Below, one piece after another: positions 50,415 to 59,781 of a DNA stretch of 64,000 bases (position 1 is the stretch's first letter; each line of letters opens with the position of its first letter). The notes beneath the pieces were generated by a model. It saw only the letters and a list, made by a program, of their open reading frames with translations, made no database searches and was not told the DNA's origin. A program made the position numbers and the translations under genes. Source of the DNA: an uncultured Pseudomonadota bacterium (GTDB taxonomy: Bacteria; Pseudomonadota; Alphaproteobacteria; Rhizobiales; Xanthobacteraceae); contig CAVVGD010000002.1 of the NCBI GenBank assembly GCA_963747725.1, positions 4,424-68,423 of the forward strand, in the 5' to 3' direction.

Positions 50415-51409
50415 GCCGCAAACCGCGCGTCTTCGTCAGCGCAGCCGGTCGCCGACAGCGCCATCAAGCGCCTGCGCGCGCTCGGCAAGCGTCAAGGTCT
50501 TTCCCGACGACAGCCGCATCATTCCGCATCGGACGCTCATCTCCGCCGTCAAGCAGGCCGACATCCTGTTCTGCCTGCTGCACGACAAGATCGACAAGGC
50601 GGTGATCGCCGCCAATCCGAACCTTCAGCACATCGCCGCCCAATCGATCTCGCCGTCGAACATCGACGTGGCGGAAGCGACCAGGCGCGGCATTCCGGTG
50701 ACGGTGGTGCCGCCGGTGACCACCGAAGCGACCGCCGATCTCACCTTCGGGCTGATGCTCGCCGCCGCGCGCCGTATGGTGGAAGGCGACAGGCTGGTGC
50801 GCGCCGGCAAATTTCCCGGCGGTCAGTCGCGCCACCTGCTCGGCGCGATCTTCCATGGCAAGACGATCGGGCCTGATCGGCGGCGGCGGACTTGATCGGC
50901 AAGGCGGTAGCCAAGCGCGCGCACGGCTTCGACATGCGCGTTCTGTACTGGACGCCGCGGCGCAAGCCGGAAGCGGAAGAGCGCGCGGCCGGGCTTACCT
51001 ACGTGCCGTTCGACGAGCTGTTGCGCGAATCCGATTTCGTCTCGCTGCATTCGCCGCTCAACGCGCAGACCCGCCACCAGATCGGCGCGCGTGAATTGGG
51101 TCTGATGAAGAAGACCGCCTTCATCGTCAACACAGCGCGCGGGCCGATCATCGACGAGAAGGCGCTGGTCCGCGCGCTCAAGAGTCAAGAAGATCGTCGG
51201 CGCCGGGCTCGACGTGTTCGAGTTCGAGCCCAAGGTGTCGGCCGAATTGAAGGAGATGAAGAACGTCGTGCTCAATCCGCATCTCGGCAGTGCGACGGTC
51301 GAGGTGCGCGAGGAGATGGCGAATATCGTGGTCGACAATATCGAGGCCGTGCTCAAGGGCCAAACGCCGCCCGGGCTGCGTCAATCCGGAAGTGTTGGAT
51401 GCAAAGTGA
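50411..51409 (+). pseudogene. D-isomer-specific 2-hydroxyacid dehydrogenase (glyoxylate/hydroxypyruvate reductase-like), at least four and probably six +1 frameshifts
   Basis: Collinear pieces lie in alternating frames. They read (L/M)SRKPRVFVS / QPVADSAIKRLRALGK / VKVFPDDSRIIPHRTLISAVKQADILFCLLHDKID...HGKTIG / LIGGGGL / IGKAVAKRAHGFDMRVLYW...[21 protein letters not shown] / [15 protein letters not shown]...[14 protein letters not shown]...GQTPPG / [10 protein letters not shown]-stop. Confidence 0.75.
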
Positions 51410-51417
51410 AGCATCGT

Positions 51418-51543
51418 GTCCCGGATGCAGTGCGGCACGAAGTGCTGCACGGCTGATCGGGGACGCCAGCTGTCTTTCGAAGCAACCGGGGTCCCGGGTT
51501 ACTGCAGCGCACCGCTGGCGCGCTGCGATGCGCGCCGGGGCAC
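51418..51543. repeat. REP-like palindromic element, GTCCCGGATGCAGTGCGGCAC... class
   Basis: GTCCCGGATGCAGTGCGGCACGAAGTGCTGCAC...GGGGTCCCGGGTTACTGCAGCGCACCGCTGGCGCGCTGCGATGCGCGCCGGGGCAC. Confidence 0.8.
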
Positions 51544-51553
51544 GAAGGCCCGG

Positions 51554-52325
51554 CTATTCCGCCGTCCATCCGCCATCGAGCTTCAAGCGCCGAACCGGTC
51601 ATCAGCGACGACGCATCCGACGCCAGGAACACGATCGCACCGCAGAGCTCTTCCAACTGCCCGAGCCGGCCGAGCTTGATCTTCGACAATACCTCGTCGC
51701 GGAACGCCTTGTTCTCGAAGAACGGCTTGCGTCATCGGCGTCTCCAGGAAGGTGGGGCCGAGCGAATTGACGCGGATATTGTGCGGGGCGAGCTCGACTG
51801 CCATCGCCTTGGTGAAGCCCTCCATGGCGTGCTTGGAGGCGCAGTAGACCGTGCGGCGCGCGGCGCCGACATGGCCCATCTGCGAGGAGATGTTGATGAT
51901 GGAGCCGGCGAAGCTTCGCCTCTAGCAATCGCTTCGCTACCGCCTGCGCCACGAAGAAGGCGGCGCGCACGTTGAGATTCATGATGGCGTCGAAGTCGGC
52001 GACGGTCACGTCCGGCAGCATGGCCGGCCGGTTCATGCCGGCGTTGTTGACCAGGATCTGATAGGGCGCACGTTCAGCCAGCGCCTTGCGCACCGCGTCG
52101 ATGTCGGTGACGTCCAACGTTAACGGGTCGGCTTGCTGGCCCGCGCGCGCGGATCGCTTCAGCGGCTTCCTCGATTTCCTTCGTCGTCCGCGCGGCCAAT
52201 GTCACGTGCGCGCCGGCATCGGCCAGCGCAGAAGCCGCCGTCAGCCCGATGCCGCGCCCAGCGCCGGTCACCAGCGCGCGCCGGCCATCGAGGCGGGAGG
52301 AGGGGGTGCGGGTGAGGTCGACCAT
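51554..52325 (-). pseudogene. short-chain dehydrogenase/reductase (SDR), four +1 frameshifts
   Basis: The pieces read MVDLTRTPSSRLDGRRALVTGAGRGIG...AIRARG / QQADPLTLDVTDIDAVRKAL...LVNNAGMNRP...AKRLLEAKLR / GSIINISSQMGHVGAARRTVYCASKHAMEGFTKAMAVELAPHNIRVNSLGPTFLETPMT / KPFFENKAFRDEVLSKIKLGRLGQLEELCGAIVFLASDASSLMTGSAL / KLDGGWTAE-stop. The TGxxxGIG, NNAG and YxxxK motifs are all intact. Confidence 0.8.
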
Positions 52326-52333
52326 CTTACTCC

Positions 52334-52419
52334 GTCATGCCCGGCCTTGTGCCGGGCATCCACGTCTTGATCCGTTCAATGTGAAAGACGTGGATGGCCG
52401 GGGCAAGCCCGGCCATGAC
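52334..52419. repeat. REP-like palindromic element, GTCATGCCCGGCC...GGCCATGAC class
   Basis: GTCATGCCCGGCCTTGTGCCGGGCATCCACGTCTT...AAGACGTGGATGGCCGGGGCAAGCCCGGCCATGAC. Confidence 0.9.
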
Positions 52420-52428
52420 GCCTCCTGG

Positions 52429-53738
52429 TTATTCCGCCGCCGTCGCGTAGGGCACGTTGCGGCCGCCGTAGCGGCGCACGCGGATGTTGGCCTGCTCGGC
52501 GTGGCCGAGGAAGCCTTCCAGCACGCACAGCCGCGAGCAGACTTCGCCGATCTTGGCGCTGGCCTCGTCGGTCAAGCACCTTCTGATAGGTGCAGGTCTT
52601 GAGGAACTTGCCGACCCACAGCCCGCCGGTGAAGCGCGCGTTCTTTTTGGTCGGCAGCGTGTGGTTGGTGCCGATCACCTTGTCGCCATAGGCGACGTTG
52701 GTGCGCGGGCCTAAGAACAGCGCGCCGTAGTTGGTCATGTTGTTGAGGAAATAATCGGGGTCGCGTGTCATCACCTGCACGTGTTCCGACGCAATGCGGT
52801 CGGCTTCCGTCACCATCTCGTCGTAGGAGTCGCAGACGATCACTTCGCCGTAGTCCTTCCAGGCTTGGCTGGCGGCATCAGCAGTGGGAAGGATCGACAG
52901 CAGGCGCTCGACTTCTTTCATGGTGTCCTGCGCGAGCTTCTCCGAATTGGTCAACAATATCGCTGGTGAGGTCGGCCCGTGCTCGGCCTGGCCCAAAAGG
53001 TCGGTGGCGCAGATTTCGCCGTCGACGCTGTCGTCGGCGATGACCAGCGTCTCGGTCGGGCCCGCGAGCAGGTCGATGCCGACGCGGCCGAAAAGCTGGC
53101 GCTTGGCTTCCGCCACATAGGCGTTGCCGGGCCCGACGATCATGTCGACCGGTGCGATCGTTGTCGGTGCCGAGCGCCATGGCCGCGACCGCTTGCACGC
53201 CGCCGAGCACATAGATGTCGTCGGCGCCGCCGAAATGCTGGGCGGCGACGATGGCCGGATGCGGGCCGCCCTTGTAGGGCGGGGCGCAGGCAATGATGCG
53301 CTTCACCCCGGCCACCTTGGCGGTGACGATCGACATGTGCGCGGAGGCCACCATCGGATAGCGCCCGCCGGGCACGTAGCAGCCAATCGAGTTTACCGGG
53401 ATGTGCTTATGGCCGAGTACCACGCCGGGCAGCGTCTCGACTTCGATATCGACCATGCTCTCGCGCTGCTTCTGCGCGAAATTGCGCACCTGGGCTTGGG
53501 CAAACTTGATGTCCTCGAGGTCGCGCTTCGCCACCTGGCCGATGGCGCGCTCAATGTCCTTTTCGCTCAGCTTGAAGTCGGCTGGCGACCAATTGTCGAA
53601 CTTCTGCGACAACTCGCGAACGGCTTCGTCCTTGCGCGCCTCGATCTGGCCGAGGATGCTTTCCACTGTCTCGCGCACCTTGGCGTCGGCGGCTTTGATC
53701 GCGCTCGCGTCCATTCCGCGCTTGAGATAGCGGGGCAT
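52429..53738 (-). pseudogene. histidinol dehydrogenase family paralog (HisD-like NAD-dependent alcohol/aldehyde dehydrogenase), two +1 frameshifts
   Basis: The pieces read [25 protein letters not shown]...[17 protein letters not shown](D) / [37 protein letters not shown]...[18 protein letters not shown] / [47 protein letters not shown]-stop. Confidence 0.8.
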
Positions 53739-53762
53739 GGGTTGTCCTCCATTCACTCGACT

Positions 53763-53922
53763 GTCGTCCCTGCGAAGGCGGGGACCCAGTGCTCGCTGTC
53801 TTCAATTCTATCGCATACGCCCGGATTACTGGATGCCCGCTTCCGCGGGCATGACGCCGGAGTATGCGGCACGAGATCCCGGATCGCGCCTTCGGCGCGT
53901 CCGGGATGACCGCTTCGCGGTC
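53763..53922. repeat. composite REP-like palindromic element (GTCGTCCCTGCGAAGGCGGGGAC...CCCGGATTACTGGATGCCCGCTTCCGCGGGCATGAC...CCGGGATGAC)
   Basis: Several nested hairpins. The last hairpin, GACCGCTTCGCGGTC, overlaps the stop codon of the cyclase gene. Confidence 0.8.
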
Positions 53923-54874
53923 ATTTAATCGCCTGCGGGTTGATCGGGCTCCCTGTCCCCCCGGTGATGATCAGAGGCGGGCCGCAGAAGAAGAACTCAT
54001 AGACGCCATCCTCGGCGCAGTCGGCGGCCAGCTCCTTGAGGTAGAAGATCTCGCCCATGCACAGGCCCATGGCCGGGATCACCACCCAATGCCACGGCTG
54101 GTTGGCGTCCTTGGTCTCGTTCGGCCGCACCTCCACGCCCCAGGTGTCGGTGCAGATGGCGGCAATCTGCTTGTCCTGGCACCAGTAGCAGTTCTCGAAC
54201 TTGACGCCCGGCGCGTCGCCGCCGGCGTAGCCGCCCCAGTTGCCTTCCTCGCGACAACGCTCCATCTGCCCCGTGCGGATGATGACGAAGTCGCCTTTAC
54301 GGATATCGACGTTCTGCTGCTTGGCACACTCGTCGAGTTCATCATTGGAGATGCTCTCGCCGTCCTGCATCCAATCCACGCCGCGATGACGGGCGATGTC
54401 TAGCAGCACGCCACGGCCGACCATCTTGCTCTTGGAGTGCTCGATGCCGAGTACCGAAAGGCCGCGCGAGTCGATCAGCTTGGCGTCATAGCCGTTGTAG
54501 GCCTTTTCCTCGTAGAAGATGTGACCGAGCGCGTCCCAATGCGTGGCGCCCTGCACGCACAGCATCAAGGTGTCGTCGGCATAGCGGATCTTGTTCCAGT
54601 CCTGTTGGCCGGCGATGGCGTCGGTGCCGGTGGCTAACATTTGATGGATCGGGTTGAAGCGGCCGCCGAACAGCCCGGTCTGCGGGCCGGTCTTGTCGAG
54701 CGGGATGCCGAGCGCGAACACCTTGCCAGTGCGGATCAGGCTCGCCGCCTTGACGATGTCCTCCGGGGTGACCTGGTTGAGCGTGCCGATCTGGTCGTCC
54801 TCGCCCCAGCGCCCCCAGTTCGAGAGCTTCTTGGAGGCTTCCGCGATCGCTTCCTTGCCGACCTTGATATTCAT
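53921..54874 (-). CDS. cyclase family protein (kynurenine-formamidase-like fold)
   Basis: Start chosen at MNIKVGKEAIAEASKKLSNWGRWGEDDQIGTLN, preceded by GGAAGGA. That N-terminus plus GATHWDALGH is typical of the putative cyclase family. Confidence 0.8.
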   Translation of the reverse strand: MNIKVGKEAIAEASKKLSNWGRWGEDDQIGTLNQVTPEDIVKAASLIRTGKVFALGIPLDKTGPQTGLFGGRFNPIHQMLATGTDAIAGQQDWNKIRYADDTLMLCVQGATHWDALGHIFYEEKAYNGYDAKLIDSRGLSVLGIEHSKSKMVGRGVLLDIARHRGVDWMQDGESISNDELDECAKQQNVDIRKGDFVIIRTGQMERCREEGNWGGYAGGDAPGVKFENCYWCQDKQIAAICTDTWGVEVRPNETKDANQPWHWVVIPAMGLCMGEIFYLKELAADCAEDGVYEFFFCGPPLIITGGTGSPINPQAIK

Positions 54875-55055
54875 GAGGGTTCCTTCCCGCTTCTTCACTG
54901 GCGCTCGCCTGTCGAACTGGCGGCGCTTGTCGGTGCAATATTGCGCCGGACTGCGGTGTTACAGCAAGCGGGGGCGGCATTTCCGTAGCTGTGCCGATTT
55001 CCTATGATCAAAACCGGCGGACCGGCCGTTGCCGGCCTTCCATGGGAGGATTGCC

Positions 55056-55678
55056 ATGCGACGAAACCTGAGCGCTATGCTAGCCGTAGCCATGACGGCA
55101 GCACTCACGCTGCCGGCAGCGGCCGGTAACGTCATCGACGACTGGGCCACCATCAAGCGCCGCCGCCGCCGGCGCTAAAGCCGGTGACCGTCGATCCGAA
55201 GACCACCGCGCTTTTGATGCTCGACTTCATGAACCAAAACTGCGGCAAGCGGCCGGCCTGCGTCGCCTCGGTGCCGCACGTCAAGAAACTGCTTGAAGCC
55301 GCGCGTGCCGCCAAGGCGACAGTGGTCTACTCTTTCATCGCCAAGACGACTGGTGCTGACGTGATCAAAGACGTGGCGCCGCTGCCCAGCGACGCGCATG
55401 TGCTGTCCGGACCGGACAAGTTCCTGCACACCGATCTCGAGAAAATTCTGAAAGACAAAGGCATCAAGACGGTGATTGCGGTCGGCACCTCGGCCAACGG
55501 CGCCGTGCTCTATACCGCTTCGGGCGCCGCGCTACGCGGCATGCGCGTGATTGTGCCGGTCGATGGAATGTCGTCGGTCAGCCGCTATTCTGATCTCACC
55601 ACGGCCTTCACTTTCGCCGACGCCCCTCTGGTATCAAAGAAGGTGACGCTGACGAAATTGGATATGGTGAAGTTCTGA
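55056..55678 (+). pseudogene. secreted isochorismatase-family (cysteine hydrolase) protein, -1 frameshift near 55157
   Basis: The ATG at 55056 follows GGGAGGA and encodes the signal peptide MRRNLSAMLAVAMTAALTLPAAAGNVIDDWATIK, then reaches a stop. The frame of ORF 55184..55678 continues APPPPALKPVTVDPKTTALLMLDFMNQ... with an isochorismatase-like core. Confidence 0.7.
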
Positions 55679-55689
55679 TTCTCTCTTAG

Positions 55690-55713
55690 CCCTCCCCCGC
55701 GAGCAGGGGAGGG
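55690..55713. repeat. short GC hairpin of the CCCTCCCC-GCGAGC-GGGGAGGG repeat class
   Basis: CCCTCCCCCGCGAGCAGGGGAGGG between convergent genes. Confidence 0.7.
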
Positions 55714-55720
55714 ATGAGTC

Positions 55721-58118
55721 TCACACCTTCCCCAACGCCGCCAAAATCTTCCCCGGCGTGAACGGCATGTCGGTGAGCGGCGCGGCACCCAAGGGCCGCA
55801 GCGCATCGTTGATGGCGTTCATGACGCAGGCCGGCGCGCCGGCGGTGCCGGCTTCGCCCGCGCCCTTGGCGCCGAGCTCCAAGTCGGCGGTCGGCGAAAC
55901 AACGTGGCCGCATTCGATGTCCGGCATTTCGGTCGCCATCGGCACCAGGTAATCGGCCATGTTGCCGTTCAGCATCTGCCCGCGCTCGTCATAAAGGCAC
56001 TGCTCGTAGAGCGCCGCGCCGATCCCCTGCACCACGCCGCCGCGCATCTGCTCGTCGACCAGTTGCGGATTGATGATGGTGCCGCAGTCCTCCACCACCC
56101 AGTGCTTCAGCAATTTGACGAAGCCTGTGTCAGTGTCGACCTCGAGATAGTTCGCCTGCACGCCATTGGTGAAGGCGAACGGGTAGGCGCGCGGTACGTA
56201 ATGGCGCGTTGCCACTAGTTCGGCCTGTACGCCGGCCGGCAGCGTGTCGGGCCGGAAATAGGCGACGCGCGCGAGTTCCTCCAGCGGCAGCCGCTCGGCG
56301 CCGCTTTGCTTGTCGACGACGATGCTGTCGCGGATGTCGAGGTCTCCGGGCTTCGCCTGCAGCATGGCGCCGGCGACCACCAGCACGTTCTCGCGCAGCG
56401 CCTTGCCGGCCTGCCAGGCCGCTTCGCCGCCGATGCCGGCGGCGCGCGAGGCCCAGGTGCCGCCGCCATAGGGCGTGTTGTCGGTGTCGCCCATCACCAC
56501 TTGCACCTTGTCGAGTGCGACACCGAAGCCGGTGGCCGCGCATTGCGCGACCACGGATTCCGCTCCCTGGCCCTGTTCGGTGACGCCGACGTGCACGCTG
56601 ATGCGCCCCTGCGCGTCGAGCTTCACTGTGGCGCCTTCCTGCGAAGTGATGCGCGCGCCGCCGACGCCGTAGAAGGCGGCGGACGGATTGGTCACCTCGA
56701 TAAAGCTGGCGAAGCCGACGCCGCGATAGATGCCTTGCTCGCGTAGCTTGCGCCTGCTCGGCGCGGAGGCTTGCGTAATTCATCATCTTGTCGAGATGGG
56801 CGAGGCAAGCGTGATGCGAGAGCTGCTCGAACTTGAGCCCCGCCGCCGACTGCGTGGGATAGGCGTCGTCGGCGAACAGGTTGCGCCGGCGCAGTTCCAG
56901 CGGGTCCATGCCGATCTTGGCAGCGGCGAGTTCGACGAGCCCTTCGGTCACCGCCACAGCAATGGGGTGGCCGACCGCGCGGTACTGGCACATCAAATTC
57001 TTATTGAGAAACACCACCTGCGCCTGCGCGCGATAGTTCGGCGTGGTGTAGGGCCCGCCCACCAGGTTCACCACCTGGTTGGCCTCGATGCCGCTCGTGC
57101 GCGGATAGACCGAATAGGGCCCGATGCCGGTCAGGTCGTCGATCTCGAAAGCGTTTATGGTGCCGTCCTTCATCACCCCGATCTTGGCCTTGATGCGGTG
57201 GTCGCGGGCGTGGATGTCGGTGACGAAGCTCTCGATGCGGTCGGCGACGAACTTCACCGGCCGCTTGAGCATCTTGGACAACGCCACCGTCGCCATCTCG
57301 TCGGCATAGGTGTGCACCTTGATGCCGAAGGAGCCGCCGACGTCCTTGGTGATGACGCGCACTTGGCTCTCGGCCAAGTCGAGATGCTTGGCAAACAGGT
57401 TCTGCATCATGTGCGGCGCCTGGGTGCCCTGATAGACGGTGAGGCGCTGCTCGCCCGGGTTCCAGTCGGCGACGATGGCGCGTGGCTCGGTGGTGACGCC
57501 GGTATGGCGGCCGAACATAAATGTGGTTTCCACCACTTCGTCAGAGGCGGCGAAGGCCTTGTCGGGCTCGCCGATTTCCAGCTTGCGTTCGAAGCACAGA
57601 TTGTCTCCGAGCGTCGGCTGGATCACCGGCGTCTTGGGATCGAGCGCCGTCTCCGGATCGGTGACCGCCGGCAGTTCTTTATAAGTGACGTCGACCAACT
57701 CGCAGGCATCTTCCGCCTGCGCGCGCGTCTTCGCTACCACGGCGCAGACCGCCTCGCCCTGCCAGCAGGCGCGGTCGACGGCGATAGCGTGTTGCGGCGC
57801 CGACTTCAGGCCTTTCAAATGGGTGAGGACGCCGACCCACGGCGTCATCACATTGGCGAGTTCCGCGCCGGTAACGACGGCAATAACGCCGCCTGCTTTC
57901 TTCGCGGCACTCGCGTCGATCTTCGCGATATGCGCGTGCGCGTGCGGCGAGCGCACGAAGGCCACGTGCGCCATGCGCGGCAGGGAAACGTCGCTCACAT
58001 ATTGTCCGCGGCCTTGCGTCAAGCGCTGCAAATTCGGGCGCGGCACCGAGCGGCCGATATAGGAGTTCGGCCGGTCGAGCGCGGTCAGCACGGGCGGGAA
58101 GTCTTCGGTGATTTTCAT
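55721..58118 (-). pseudogene. molybdenum hydroxylase large (molybdopterin-binding) subunit, xanthine dehydrogenase/CoxL family, +1 frameshift near 56750
   Basis: The N-terminal roughly 455 aa run MKITEDFPPVLTALDRPNSYIGRSVPRPN...YASLRAEQA, from the internal Met of ORF 56130..58193. The continuation is KLREQGIYRGVGFASFIEVTNPSAAFYG...ALGKV, in the frame of ORF 55721..56695. Confidence 0.8.
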
Positions 58119-58146
58119 GCATTGACTCTCCACGTACGCAGGCGCG

Positions 58147-58251
58147 CTCCCTCCCCCCTTGTGGGGGAGGGTTGGGGAGGGGGGTGGAGGCATGCGTTTG
58201 CATCGGTCGCTTACCTCGCTCCCTGTCCCTCCCCCTCAAGGGGGGAGGGGA
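58147..58251. repeat. double GC hairpin repeat (CTCCCTCCCCCC-TTGT-GGGGGAGGG ... CCCTCCCCCTCAAGGGGGGAGGGGA) between hydroxylase subunit genes
   Basis: Two G/C-tract hairpins sit in the 159-nt gap between the FeS and Mo subunit genes. Confidence 0.8.
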
Positions 58252-58277
58252 CGATGTGGCAGCATCCGTGCAAAATC

Positions 58278-58781
58278 TCATTTGCCGCCTCCCGCCCTGG
58301 CCTGCCCCACCGCTTCCACCGCGTCGACGATGGCATGATAGCCGGTGCAGCGGCAGTAATTGCCGGACAGGTGCTCCCGGATTTCCTCGCGGCTCGGCAC
58401 GCTCCCGCGGGATTTCGCTTGCAAGAGCACATCCTGCGCCGCCGCCAGCATGCCCGGGGTGCAATAGCCGCATTGCAGGGCGTTGCGCTGTTCGAACGCC
58501 AATTGCAGATCGGCGATCTCGCCCGAGTCACTCAGGCCTTCAATTGTTTCCACCGTGGCGCCGTCGCACTGCGCCGCCAGCATCAGGCAGCCGCGCACGA
58601 TCTCGCCGTTGACCCGCACGGTGCAGGCGCCGCAGACGCCGTGCTCGCAGCCGATGTGGCTGCCGGTCAGCACCAGGTCGTCGCGCAGGAAATCGACCAG
58701 CGTCTTGCGCGCGTCGACGCGCTCGGAGACTCGTTCGCCATTGACGGTGAGGGTGATGTCAATCTGGGTGTCGCTCATCAC
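58278..58781 (-). CDS. molybdenum hydroxylase small subunit, (2Fe-2S)-binding (CoxS-like)
   Basis: CEHGVCGACTV and CGYCTPGM cluster motifs. Confidence 0.9.
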   Translation of the reverse strand: MMSDTQIDITLTVNGERVSERVDARKTLVDFLRDDLVLTGSHIGCEHGVCGACTVRVNGEIVRGCLMLAAQCDGATVETIEGLSDSGEIADLQLAFEQRNALQCGYCTPGMLAAAQDVLLQAKSRGSVPSREEIREHLSGNYCRCTGYHAIVDAVEAVGQARAGGGK

Positions 58782-59614
58782 CGCACCTCCATCAATTGCG
58801 CGGCCACCCGCCGCAGCAGCACGCCGGCGAGATGCTTCTTCACCGCAGCGGTAGCCTGCACGTCGTCATGCGGTTCGAGGTCGAGTGCGGCGATTGCCGC
58901 ATCGACGTCACCCTTCGCCAGTGCGGCTTCGGCTTCCTTCGCACGCACCGGCGTGTTGCTGACCCCGAAAAAGGCCAGCCGCACGTCGCTCAGGCCCTTG
59001 CCCGAGGCACGGGCCGCTGCCGCGAGCCCGACGATGGCGTAGTCGCCGTGCCGACGCGCCAGCTCGGCAAAGCCGGCGCGGCTGTCCTTGTCTGCCGCCG
59101 GCAGCCGGATGGCTGTCAGCATTTCGTCCGGCTCAAGCGCAGTCTCAAACAGGCCCTTGAAGAATTTCGCTGCCTTGATGATGCGCTTGCCTTGCCGTCC
59201 AGTTGCCTCTACCTCACCGTCGAGCGCCAGGAGGCAGGCGGGTAATTCCGCCGCCGGATCGGCAAAGGCGATGGAGCCGCCGAGCGTGCCGCGGTTGCGA
59301 ATGGCGACGTGGGCGATGTGCGGCATCGCGCGCGCGATCAGCGGCGCGTGCTTGGCGATAACATCGGAGCGCTCGGCCTGGACGTGGCGCACGAGCGCGC
59401 CTATCTCCACTGTCCCGTCTTTCAGGGCAATGCCGTCGAGCCCCCCGATGCCGTTGATGTCGATCAGCATCGTGGGCGCCGACAAGCGCATATTGAGCGT
59501 GGCGATCAGGCTCTGGCCGCCGGCGAGCAGTCGGGCGTCCTTGTTGGCGGCGAGCAACGCCACCGCGTCGTCGAGCGAGCGCGCCTTTTGATAGGCGAAT
59601 GGCGCCGGCTTCAC
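58778..59614 (-). CDS. molybdenum hydroxylase medium subunit, FAD-binding (CoxM-like)
   Basis: MKPAPFAYQKARSLDDAVALLAANKDARLLAGGQSLIATLNMR. 4-nt overlap with the FeS subunit gene. Confidence 0.9.
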   Translation of the reverse strand: MKPAPFAYQKARSLDDAVALLAANKDARLLAGGQSLIATLNMRLSAPTMLIDINGIGGLDGIALKDGTVEIGALVRHVQAERSDVIAKHAPLIARAMPHIAHVAIRNRGTLGGSIAFADPAAELPACLLALDGEVEATGRQGKRIIKAAKFFKGLFETALEPDEMLTAIRLPAADKDSRAGFAELARRHGDYAIVGLAAAARASGKGLSDVRLAFFGVSNTPVRAKEAEAALAKGDVDAAIAALDLEPHDDVQATAAVKKHLAGVLLRRVAAQLMEVR

Positions 59615-59781
59615 GTCCCCTCCCGTATGTTTTCTTTCTTGCCTCCTATTGTCACCGGGAACGCGACCGGGTCAATGCGGGCGGCATGCGTGCTGCCATC
59701 CGTCGTCCCAGGCTCGCGCCATCGCGGATGGGCCGCGCCGCACGTATAGAGTCCGGCGCGAAAAATCAGGGGAGGGCGGCA

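Noticed and set aside
49135-53738. Programmed ribosomal frameshifting or transcriptional slippage as an explanation for the frame changes.
   Set aside because: There are fourteen shifts in four unrelated enzymes, with no shared slippery heptamer or downstream structure, and up to six in one gene. That is incompatible with known recoding mechanisms.
44618-53922. The regularly recurring palindromic repeats as a possible CRISPR array or as insertion-sequence ends.
   Set aside because: The repeats belong to different sequence classes, are individually palindromic, and are separated by whole genes rather than by uniform short spacers. No cas genes or transposase genes are present.
55721-59614. 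Carbon monoxide dehydrogenase (coxMSL) annotation for the molybdenum hydroxylase.
   Set aside because: The large subunit lacks the AYxCSFR (form I) loop, and no coxDEFG-type accessory genes are nearby. I call it generically as a xanthine-dehydrogenase-family hydroxylase.
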